This document shows, piece after piece, positions 1 to 6,689 of a DNA stretch of 32,799 nucleotides (position 1 is the stretch's first letter; each line of letters opens with the position of its first letter). The DNA is from a virus. Taxonomy: Duplodnaviria; Caudoviricetes. The DNA is taken from positions 1 through 32,799 of IMG/VR virus record IMGVR_UViG_3300012933_000244. One strand, written 5' to 3'. The notes below the pieces were generated by a model. That model was given only the letters and a program-made list of their open reading frames with translations, was not told where the DNA came from and made no database searches. Made by a program: the position numbers and the translations under genes.

Positions 1-475
1 CGTAGAACCAGTTACGACCACTAGGGGTAGAAATGAATAAAGCTCTACCTTTTTTGTCAGACAAGGAAGCTCGGATGATCTTCTGCCATGTGTCTTCTTT
101 AATAAAAGCACACTCGTCTAGAACCACGTAGGTAAGAGAAACACCGCGAAGACTATCAGGATTATCAGCGCCTCTAACAAGGATCTTGCGTCCATTGACT
201 AATGTAATCTCCAAGTTGTTAACGTGAGAGGACTTGATGACAGGTCTACCTAAGTCATTCAGTAAGTCCCACATAATCGTTCTAGCCTGTCCAAGAGTAG
301 GAGCTATGTACATCACAGCTGATCCTTCAGGACAGTTCAGAGCTTCAATGAGCAGGGTCACTGCGGAGAGCCTAGACTTACCACAGCGACGACCTGCTGC
401 AACCACTTTAAAACGATGGGTGTCCTTGAAGACTTCCTTTTGCCAGTTCAACAACTCAAAGTTAAGGTTAGTCAT
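1..475 (-). CDS. terL: Terminase large subunit, N-terminal ATPase part (truncated by window edge)
   Basis: Hand translation from ATG at 475: MTNLNFELLNWQKEVF...AAGRRCGKSRL (Walker A)...LRGVSLTYVVLDECAF (Walker B)...FISTPSGRNWFY. Start overlaps the terS stop. Confidence 0.93.
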   Translation of the reverse strand, partial: MTNLNFELLNWQKEVFKDTHRFKVVAAGRRCGKSRLSAVTLLIEALNCPEGSAVMYIAPTLGQARTIMWDLLNDLGRPVIKSSHVNNLEITLVNGRKILVRGADNPDSLRGVSLTYVVLDECAFIKEDTWQKIIRASLSDKKGRALFISTPSGRNWFY

Positions 476-872
476 CTTTAACCTCTACATCTGAGATGTC
501 ATACGAGACATCGTTTTCAATAACTTCTGCTGTGCTTTGACCAAGGCCTGTAATATTAACGATAACGCTAGGAGTACCAGAGCCTTGTTTTGATTGCTCA
601 AACGCTGATACGGGGAGAATCCTATCTGCCACCAGTTTCCATGCAGCAGCTTGGTTCTTATGATTGTCATCCAAGGCTGCACTTAGGATAGTCTCCAAGA
701 CCTTAGCACTCTTAGGGGAGGCTAACATCCTATATTTATAATCGTCAATTATTGCTTTTTCGCCCTTAGGACGACCTAAGACACCTTTGTTCTTAGCCTT
801 CTTCTCAATCAGCTCACCCTTCTTAGGCCTACCACGACCTCTGGGTTTAATTTCTTGTGTTTTCTGTTCCAT
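468..872 (-). CDS. terS: Probable terminase small subunit
   Basis: 134 aa directly upstream of terL; basic GRPK repeats followed by a helical region. Confidence 0.6.
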   Translation of the reverse strand: MEQKTQEIKPRGRGRPKKGELIEKKAKNKGVLGRPKGEKAIIDDYKYRMLASPKSAKVLETILSAALDDNHKNQAAAWKLVADRILPVSAFEQSKQGSGTPSVIVNITGLGQSTAEVIENDVSYDISDVEVKDD

Positions 873-1147
873 CTTTGTCCTTGTTGGAGATGTACTAATA
901 ATAGTAGTAAATACGGGGAAAGCTACTCTGAGACTATAGAGTAACTATCTAATTTAACTTAACGGCTTAAAAGCCTTATAAGCAAGAATCTAAATGAAGT
1001 AGTTACTTACTTAATTAACCTCTTGTGTTCATCTTCAATGAAACTAAGGTCAGTAATGACTACTCATAAAGAACTTCTTGTATTTAACTAAGCAGCTTGT
1101 CTACTTAGACTTCATTTGAGTTCTTGGAAGGATTACCTTCATAGAGC

Positions 1148-1175
1148 ATTATATAGGTCTTTTTAGCTTTGTCAA
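1148..1175 (-). promoter_or_regulatory. Sigma-70 promoter facing terS/terL
   Basis: Minus strand reads TTGACA-N16-TATAAT; both hexamers are perfect consensus. Confidence 0.75.
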
Positions 1176-1268
1176 GCACTTTCTACGTAAACTCAACATT
1201 TATTTTACTGTCTATCATGATTAGAGTCTATCCTCTAATTCCACGCTAAGCCCTATCTTCATAGACCT

Positions 1269-1323
1269 CTTGTGTCCACTTTCATAGCCCCTCTAGAGGC
1301 TCTATGACAGGCCCTTGTGTCCA
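1269..1323. repeat. Direct repeat CTTGTGTCCA flanking an imperfect palindrome
   Basis: CTTGTGTCCA at 1269-1278 and 1314-1323; TCATAG-CC-CCTCTAGAGG-CT-CTATGA at 1282-1307. Confidence 0.6.
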
Positions 1324-1499
1324 GATTTACTACAAAGATCTAACCTGTCCCCAATTAAGTCCATAAGTCTTTGTTGTCTATAGACTTTTTAGTCATAGCA
1401 GGCTTTTTCTTAAATACTCTTTTTTGTGTACTTAAGAGGCTCCCACAAAAGTAATACTCAATAGCTACCCCCTCCCCCAGTCTTTATAGGTCTTTGCAG

Positions 1500-1541
1500 G
1501 TTAGTGAGTACTAACTTACTTAGCTAATGACTGAGTAGTCA
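1500..1541. promoter_or_regulatory. Two operator-like palindromes; the first contains an SlmA-site-like 12-mer
   Basis: GTTAGT-GAGT-ACTAAC (1500-1515) and TGACT-GAGT-AGTCA (1528-1541). GTGAGTACTAAC matches GTGAGTACTCAC at 11/12. Confidence 0.45.
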
Positions 1542-1614
1542 GTAAAGTGACAGTGTAAGGGACTATGTAGCACCTATCAAGCACCACTAGAGTAACCTAT
1601 CAAGGGTAAAGCTA

Positions 1615-1631
1615 AGCAACTACTATGCCAA
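1615..1631 (-). promoter_or_regulatory. Sigma-54 (-24/-12) promoter, leftward
   Basis: Minus strand TTGGCATAGTAGTTGCT with exact GG-N10-GC spacing. Confidence 0.7.
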
Positions 1632-1636
1632 GCTAA

Positions 1637-1696
1637 TGCACTATCAAAGTGCAGTTATGCACCATTAGAGTACATCATGCACCACAATGAAGTGCT
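1637..1696. promoter_or_regulatory. Tandem NtrC-type enhancer binding sites
   Basis: TGCACTATCAAAGTGCA (1637-1653), TGCACCATTAGAGTACA (1658-1674) and TGCACCACAATGAAGTGCT (1678-1696); starts are 21 and 20 bp apart. Confidence 0.7.
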
Positions 1697-1791
1697 CATT
1701 TATTAAGCATATGTAGATTATCGTATTACAGATAAAAGAAGATAATTCATAATGAGTACTACAGTATTACAAATACTGAACCAGCGGAGCG

Positions 1792-1808
1792 TTGGCACGG
1801 TATCTGCT
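1792..1808 (+). promoter_or_regulatory. Sigma-54 (-24/-12) promoter for the early operon
   Basis: TTGGCACGGTATCTGCT with GG-N10-GC spacing, 55 bp upstream of the first rightward ORF. Confidence 0.75.
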
Positions 1809-1863
1809 AAGTAAACTACATCCGAGGCATAACGCAACGGCTAACTATCTAAGGATCACGATC

Positions 1864-1959
1864 ATGTCAAACAACACAGCAAAGATGCACAGCATCGTAG
1901 ACAAAATCATCTATGTACTAGGGTTTATCGCTATCGTAGTGGTATGGATGACTGCCTAA
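1864..1959 (+). CDS. Small membrane peptide (31 aa), first early gene
   Basis: AAGGA RBS; MSNNTAKMHSIVDKIIYVLGFIAIVVVWMTA with one hydrophobic helix. Confidence 0.6.
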   Translation: MSNNTAKMHSIVDKIIYVLGFIAIVVVWMTA

Positions 1960-2016
1960 TCCCTGCTACACTATCCATTCACAGTCTCATTAACTCAAAC
2001 CAGTAAGGTAAACATC

Positions 2017-2346
2017 ATGAAACAATCTGTAAACTTCTCTGTCTTCGTCGATGCCTTCCACGCCTTCGACCGTTACGACTCATACGGCTACGCAGCTCTT
2101 AAAGTAATCTTTAACTACCTTGAACAGTACGAAGAAGAAACAGACACAGAGATCGAGCTCGATGTCATTGCTATCTGCTGTGACTACAATTTAGAGCATT
2201 ACACCGATATAGCCTCTAACTACTCTATTGACCTTGATGGTTTTGATGATGACGAAGCTAAGCAGGCAGTCATTGAGTACATTCAGGACAATAGCGCCTA
2301 CTTAGGCGAAGCCACTGATGGCGAACTCGTGTATCAAGTGTTTTAA
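2017..2346 (+). CDS. Highly acidic early protein (possible DNA mimic)
   Basis: 109 aa, about 25 D/E versus 4 K/R; AAGGT RBS. Confidence 0.75.
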   Translation: MKQSVNFSVFVDAFHAFDRYDSYGYAALKVIFNYLEQYEEETDTEIELDVIAICCDYNLEHYTDIASNYSIDLDGFDDDEAKQAVIEYIQDNSAYLGEATDGELVYQVF

Positions 2347-2360
2347 TCAAGGGGATAACC

Positions 2361-2573
2361 ATGCAACACACAAAAAAGAATCCTTTGTCTCTTATCCAGT
2401 TACCTGATGACATAGTGTCAGACGGTTACAAACAAACTAAACCATATCATTATGAGCAAGTGTTTGTCTCAGCCAGTAAAGGCTTTAAAGGCACTGAATT
2501 AGAGTTTTTAAAGGCTGGGTTTGCTTATGAGTACACACAGACTGGGCCATTTACACGGGTGGCTTTGGTATGA
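2361..2573 (+). CDS. Hypothetical protein
   Basis: 70 aa, AGGGG RBS, in operon. Confidence 0.7.
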   Translation: MQHTKKNPLSLIQLPDDIVSDGYKQTKPYHYEQVFVSASKGFKGTELEFLKAGFAYEYTQTGPFTRVALV

Positions 2574-2728
2574 CTTTAGAAGAGCTAATTAAGAAACTGA
2601 AAGACTTAGGCTTTTCAGATGACACAATCAAAGCTATGGCCAGCACATACGATCTAGGCTATGCTCAAGGCTTGATTGATTCTAAACAAATGAACACAGA
2701 GGAAATAGACAATGCTAAACAACAATGA
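2570..2728 (+). CDS. Hypothetical protein (52 aa)
   Basis: ATGA overlap with the previous gene; MTLEELIKKLKDLGFSDD...NAKQQ. Confidence 0.65.
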   Translation: MTLEELIKKLKDLGFSDDTIKAMASTYDLGYAQGLIDSKQMNTEEIDNAKQQ

Positions 2729-3137
2729 TTTCATAAGCCTTGAGCGCCGCTTGTGGCGTGAAGGTAATCCATTGACTGATGAACTAGTCTCAACATCAGA
2801 ACTAATAGGAGCCGCTCTAGATTGGGCTGTTGCAAAGTGCGATGGACGAGAGTTTTACAACCACGATAGAGACGGGGCTACGTGTATGCGTGGCGGGTGG
2901 ACAGACTATTCAACCGACTGGACGCAAGGTGGTCCGATCATTGAGCGCATTGAAGGGTTCCAGTTTAAGCACTGGCTTGAATCAAATCGAGAGAGTCAAT
3001 GTCAAGCTGAGATTCACAACTATGACGGCGACTGGGTTGCTTTTGGCCCAACACCACTCATTGCAGCTATGCGCTGCTATGTTGCATCAAAGCTAGGCGA
3101 AACAATCAAAATCCCGCAGGAGATTAAACCATGCTAA
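2712..3137 (+). CDS. NinX/DUF2591-like protein with a foreign 28-aa N-terminus
   Basis: Motifs TSELIGAALDWAVAK, YSTDWTQGGPIIER and GPTPLIAAMRCYVASKLG. Confidence 0.8.
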   Translation: MLNNNDFISLERRLWREGNPLTDELVSTSELIGAALDWAVAKCDGREFYNHDRDGATCMRGGWTDYSTDWTQGGPIIERIEGFQFKHWLESNRESQCQAEIHNYDGDWVAFGPTPLIAAMRCYVASKLGETIKIPQEIKPC

Positions 3138-3214
3138 ACAACAATGACTTTATCAGCCTAGAACGTAGGCTATGGCGTGAAGGTAATCCATTGACTGAGG
3201 AACTAGTCTCAACA
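2712..3214 (+). repeat. 84-bp imperfect direct repeat (2712-2795 and 3131-3214)
   Basis: 73/84 nt and 27/28 aa identical by hand alignment. Confidence 0.92.
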
Positions 3215-3382
3215 CGTGACGAATTGGTCTATCTTCTAAGTGAAGCTAAGAAGGTACTGGAAAAGTACTCACCAGTGCTTAGTACGTTAGCGTCTAGTGA
3301 TGATCTAGATTTCTATCGAGAATGGGATAACTTTGGGGATACTTTGGACAATATTAGCTATGACTTGGGAACTGAACAATGA
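3131..3382 (+). CDS. Hypothetical protein
   Basis: 83 aa, AGGAG RBS. Confidence 0.75.
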   Translation: MLNNNDFISLERRLWREGNPLTEELVSTRDELVYLLSEAKKVLEKYSPVLSTLASSDDLDFYREWDNFGDTLDNISYDLGTEQ

Positions 3383-3576
3383 AAACAACATTCAACATTC
3401 AATACAAAGGCGTATGGCTTGATATAGACGTTAAACGAGGCATATCTCGCGTTGATGGTAAGCACTGGGTGTATACTCAAGAGGTTAGACACGCTGATGA
3501 GACAATCACTGACATTCTAAACCCTTTGGCTATGTCTCAAATTGACCATATTGTAGAAAAGGAATTAAACACATGA
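3379..3576 (+). CDS. Hypothetical protein
   Basis: 65 aa with ATGA overlaps at both ends. Confidence 0.7.
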   Translation: MKTTFNIQYKGVWLDIDVKRGISRVDGKHWVYTQEVRHADETITDILNPLAMSQIDHIVEKELNT

Positions 3577-3632
3577 TCATAATCTTTGTCTGTTACTTTG
3601 TTGATCTAATCATTGAAGGGATTGTTGTATGA
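3573..3632 (+). CDS. Hydrophobic micropeptide (19 aa)
   Basis: MIIIFVCYFVDLIIEGIVV; AAGGA RBS; ATGA overlaps at both ends. Confidence 0.5.
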   Translation: MIIIFVCYFVDLIIEGIVV

Positions 3633-3751
3633 AAACAACACATACATGGCCGTTTCCGTCTAAGGATAACCCTTTGACACCTTGGACACCTGAGCAACAG
3701 AGAAAGTACGCAGAGGAACAACTAAAGAATGTACCTGAGAGCCCTTTATAG
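3629..3751 (+). CDS. Small hypothetical protein (40 aa, WPFP motif)
   Basis: MKTTHTWPFPSKDNPLTPW...; translationally coupled to the upstream ORF. Confidence 0.65.
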   Translation: MKTTHTWPFPSKDNPLTPWTPEQQRKYAEEQLKNVPESPL

Positions 3752-3808
3752 GGTCAGGAAGGCATTTAAATCAATCAACTAAGGGCTAGGTAGCCAAAGG
3801 AGTAAATA

Positions 3809-4081
3809 ATGCATTGTAGGGCTTGCGATAGATTGTTAACAGAATACCAAGCAACGTTGAAAAACGCTGTTACTGGTCAGTACATGGACTTATGTAAAGT
3901 TTGTCTTGAAGACATTAAGCCTTTTGTCAAGCTGATTGACCGTAAAGACTTGATAACAGAAGCTGACCTTGACGATGAGCCAGAAGACGATCTGGACACA
4001 CTGGATTCCCTAGAAGACTTCGACATACATATTAACTATGAAGTAGACTATGAAGACTCTAGAGGTTCCTATGATGTCTAA
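3809..4081 (+). CDS. Zinc-ribbon protein with acidic tail
   Basis: CRAC...CKVC; AAGGAG RBS. Confidence 0.8.
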   Translation: MHCRACDRLLTEYQATLKNAVTGQYMDLCKVCLEDIKPFVKLIDRKDLITEADLDDEPEDDLDTLDSLEDFDIHINYEVDYEDSRGSYDV

Positions 4082-4083
4082 GA

Positions 4084-4150
4084 ACTTTAATGTAAATACA
4101 CTATTAAAGATACTACTTAATAAAGTCATACTAAGTAGTATCATTAAAGT
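4084..4150. repeat. AT-rich nested inverted repeats
   Basis: GATACTACTTA (4109-4119) pairs with TAAGTAGTATC (4132-4142); ACTTTAATG (4084-4092) pairs with CATTAAAGT (4142-4150). Confidence 0.65.
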
Positions 4151-4164
4151 AAAGAGGGGATAAC

Positions 4165-4335
4165 ATGAAAGATTCTATGCCTAAACATGAAGAAGAAGTT
4201 AGAGAGTTGTCTCTAATCGGAGAAGAAGCCCATTATGTCCATACAATGAATGCTTTTGTTGAATTGATTGTCGTGTATGGATGGGATAAAGTAACGTCTG
4301 ATCTAAGGGCAGCAATGGGAGAGAAGAAATGGTAA
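4165..4335 (+). CDS. Hypothetical protein (56 aa)
   Basis: GAGGGG RBS; MKDSMPKHEEEV...MGEKKW. Confidence 0.65.
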   Translation: MKDSMPKHEEEVRELSLIGEEAHYVHTMNAFVELIVVYGWDKVTSDLRAAMGEKKW

Positions 4336-4385
4336 TTTCCCTATTTGTAGTTGTCTTAACAATGGTGAAAGTGAGTTTGAAATGA
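4329..4385 (+). CDS. Hydrophobic micropeptide (18 aa)
   Basis: MVISLFVVVLTMVKVSLK; GGAG RBS; overlaps both neighbours. Confidence 0.45.
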   Translation: MVISLFVVVLTMVKVSLK

Positions 4386-4585
4386 AAGCAACGATTGAAT
4401 ATGATTTGTCTCAGCCTTCCGAGGCTTATGCGTACAAGTGCGCTCATAAGGCTTTAGAGGCTTGTCAGATGTTGGAGTCTCTCAAGTCTCTGACTCAAGG
4501 CTACCAAGCCTATAAGGGACTGTCTGAGAGCGTTCTAGCAGATATCATTCAAGACTTATCTCAATGGGAAGAGGTGAAATTATGA
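4382..4585 (+). CDS. Hypothetical protein
   Basis: 67 aa, ATGA coupling. Confidence 0.7.
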   Translation: MKATIEYDLSQPSEAYAYKCAHKALEACQMLESLKSLTQGYQAYKGLSESVLADIIQDLSQWEEVKL

Positions 4586-4920
4586 GAGAAGCGAAGTCTA
4601 TGATATACATCACGATTGAGAAAGAAAAGATTAAGCTGGCGCTTGAGGCGTTGGAGCAAATGCAAGCACGGGCTAATTTTGATTGTTGGAATCTTGATAT
4701 TTGTGATCAAGCCATCAAAGCCATAGAAGAAGCACTAGCCCAGTCACATAGTGACGTAAAGCAAGAGCAGGGGGAGCCTGTGGCGTTTTGTAAAGTTTTG
4801 ACAATGGCTGATGTTGCAGACATTATTGTTAATGCTCAATCAAGAACACCGCCTTATGAAATCAATTACATGACAGTCATGCAACTGACGGAAAAAGCAG
4901 TTTTGGAGAAATTCAAATGA
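4582..4920 (+). CDS. Hypothetical protein (QEQGEPVA module family)
   Basis: GAGG RBS before ATG 4582; KLALEALE...EQGEPVA. Confidence 0.7.
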   Translation: MREAKSMIYITIEKEKIKLALEALEQMQARANFDCWNLDICDQAIKAIEEALAQSHSDVKQEQGEPVAFCKVLTMADVADIIVNAQSRTPPYEINYMTVMQLTEKAVLEKFK

Positions 4921-5315
4921 GCGAAGCAACAGAAATTGCAAGCATGGGTATCACTACCATGATTGAACTCATGCAAGCCAGAGATGAAATAAAGCGTCTG
5001 AAAGAGCAGTTGGCCAAGCAAGAGCAGGGTGAGCCTGTGGCGTGGATTAGTTGGAATCGTGTTAGCGGTGAATCAAAACTTAACTATCACAAAGTTTCAA
5101 GTCAACATGACGCAACATTGTGGTCGCATTTTCCTCTCTACACCACACAACAACAACGCATATGGGTTGGGCTGTCGGATGAAGAAATGGAAGCGGTACG
5201 AAAGCAAGCAGTCGATTTATTTGTTCAAGAAGTAAAGAAAACTGGCAAAGGTAAAAACGAGCCAATCAAGTTTGGTCGTCTTGTCGAAGCCAAACTCAAG
5301 GAGAAGAACGCATGA
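4917..5315 (+). CDS. Hypothetical protein (EPVA and WxGLxDEE...KLKEKN modules)
   Basis: 132 aa, ATGA coupling. Confidence 0.75.
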   Translation: MSEATEIASMGITTMIELMQARDEIKRLKEQLAKQEQGEPVAWISWNRVSGESKLNYHKVSSQHDATLWSHFPLYTTQQQRIWVGLSDEEMEAVRKQAVDLFVQEVKKTGKGKNEPIKFGRLVEAKLKEKNA

Positions 5316-5572
5316 CACACGGTGATGGTGGTAAAGGATCAGGCAGACGTAATGAAGATGTAAGCAAGATTAATGAGAATTGGGATCGCATCTTTGGAGC
5401 TAAGAAGGACAAGACTATGAATGAACACGTTGAACAACACGACCATGACGAAGATGGTGAATGGACTTGTGAATGCTGCGGTGGGCCTATGTACAAACAA
5501 GCACATTGGAACTACGGGCAGTGTGATGACTGTGGGGCTACTCAGGAGCTAATCAATGACGACTACCTTTAA
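5312..5572 (+). CDS. Hypothetical protein with C-terminal zinc ribbon
   Basis: GGKGS...NWDRIF N-terminus, then CECC...CDDC; internal Met may be a second start. Confidence 0.7.
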   Translation: MTHGDGGKGSGRRNEDVSKINENWDRIFGAKKDKTMNEHVEQHDHDEDGEWTCECCGGPMYKQAHWNYGQCDDCGATQELINDDYL

Positions 5573-5780
5573 ATCTATTCACATCAAAGAGTGTTGGCCT
5601 TACGAGTACGTTAAGGCGGACGCCGTCAAGCCTCTAGAGTGGCATAAGCGTCCACAAGAGGCTAAGGATAGACGTAACGCTAAGAAACGTGAGGTGTATC
5701 ATGCTAAGAAGAAGCTTCTACAGCTTCAAGTGTTTGAAATGGATATTGACATCTGTAAGGAGCTGAACAATGACAAATGA
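5556..5780 (+). CDS. Hypothetical basic protein
   Basis: 74 aa, AGGAG RBS. Confidence 0.7.
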   Translation: MTTTFKSIHIKECWPYEYVKADAVKPLEWHKRPQEAKDRRNAKKREVYHAKKKLLQLQVFEMDIDICKELNNDK

Positions 5781-6084
5781 AGACATCATCAAACTAGCAA
5801 TGGAATACGGGTTCACTGGCGGTTTTGACGCTCAAGGAAACCTGCTGCATGACGCAACATTCGTTGAAGCTGTGACTGAGGCTGTTGCAGTCACACGAAA
5901 AGAAACGCTTGAAGAAATGATTTACGCGCATCCAACTACAGCGATTGAGAAGGCTGTTGCCTATGAGCGTGAGGCGTGTGCAATGATTTGCCAAGATAGA
6001 TACAGCTACCATCCAGACGAGTCAATCGCATCTGGTGAAGCTGCAATGTGCGCCTACAACATCCGAGCAAGAGGTGAAGCATGA
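5770..6084 (+). CDS. Hypothetical protein (EREACA...IRARG family)
   Basis: 104 aa, AAGGAG RBS. Confidence 0.75.
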   Translation: MTNEDIIKLAMEYGFTGGFDAQGNLLHDATFVEAVTEAVAVTRKETLEEMIYAHPTTAIEKAVAYEREACAMICQDRYSYHPDESIASGEAAMCAYNIRARGEA

Positions 6085-6344
6085 CACAAGATGAAATCAT
6101 TGAGATGGCTAGAGAGGCTGGCTTTGGTATTGCAGGAGATCCTGAATACGTTCACGCACCTGGCTATGACGGTATATGCACAGAAGAACTTGAAGCCTTT
6201 GCCAAGCTGGTAACAGAGCATGAACGTGAGGAATGTGCTAAGTTGTGTGATGAATATTCGGCAGTAGGAAAAATACAAGAATTTGACAGAGGTTGGTTGG
6301 CTTGTGCAAAAAATATCGCATCATTTATTCGAGCAAGACAATGA
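6081..6344 (+). CDS. Hypothetical protein (EREACA...IRARG family paralog)
   Basis: 87 aa; shares MTxxxIIxxA and ERExCAxxC...IRAR with the previous ORF. Confidence 0.75.
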   Translation: MTQDEIIEMAREAGFGIAGDPEYVHAPGYDGICTEELEAFAKLVTEHEREECAKLCDEYSAVGKIQEFDRGWLACAKNIASFIRARQ

Positions 6345-6545
6345 AACGCTCACCTATGAAACCTAGCCGCCCCAAGACTACAAAAATCCGTCAATCTGCA
6401 AGAGGCGAAGATTGCACTATCAACCTAGAAGGCGTGTGCAAAGGTGTGTGAGGACTTGGATGATGCCAGCTATCCAACAAGCATTGTGTTTCCGTCTGAG
6501 TGCGCCAAAGCAATCCGAGCACGAGGTGAGCAGCATGAGCAGTAA
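6341..6545 (+). pseudogene. Chimeric remnant: DUF1364-like N-terminus joined out of frame to an EREACAK-family C-terminus
   Basis: 6341-6451 encodes MKRSP...KIRQSARGEDCTINLEGVCKGV*; the +1 frame from ~6429 encodes ACAKVCEDL...ECAKAIRARGEQHEQ*. Confidence 0.65.
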
Positions 6546-6645
6546 CTTAAAAGTCGCAAGTAAGTTCCTTAGGCACACCTCCTGTGAGCACTGTGGTAGC
6601 TCTGACGGTTCATCTGTCTACGATGACGGACATCAGTACTGTTGA
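6535..6645 (+). pseudogene. Orphaned 5' end of primase-helicase (incomplete Cys4 zinc-binding domain)
   Basis: GAGGT RBS; MSSNLKVASKFLRHTSCEHCGSSDGSSVYDDGHQYC* aligns with the N-terminus of ORF 7226. Confidence 0.88.
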
Positions 6646-6670
6646 CAAAACTCAATAAGTGTGATACAGT
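6642..6670 (+). promoter_or_regulatory. Sigma-70 promoter at the left border of the HNH cassette
   Basis: TTGACA-N17-TACAGT with TGn extension. Confidence 0.6.
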
Positions 6671-6689
6671 TCATGTTTTAAGAAATTTT

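Noticed and set aside
1700-1790. IHF site between the enhancer and the sigma-54 promoter
   Set aside because: The region is AT-rich, but I found no convincing WATCAANNNNTTR match on either strand.
873-1863. CRISPR-like mini-array
   Set aside because: Repeats are 10 bp or shorter and irregularly spaced, with no repeat-spacer periodicity.
6412-6645. 77-aa ORF as a real gene
   Set aside because: It begins at a TTG upstream of the orphan primase start; only 6535-6645 has an RBS and recognisable sequence.
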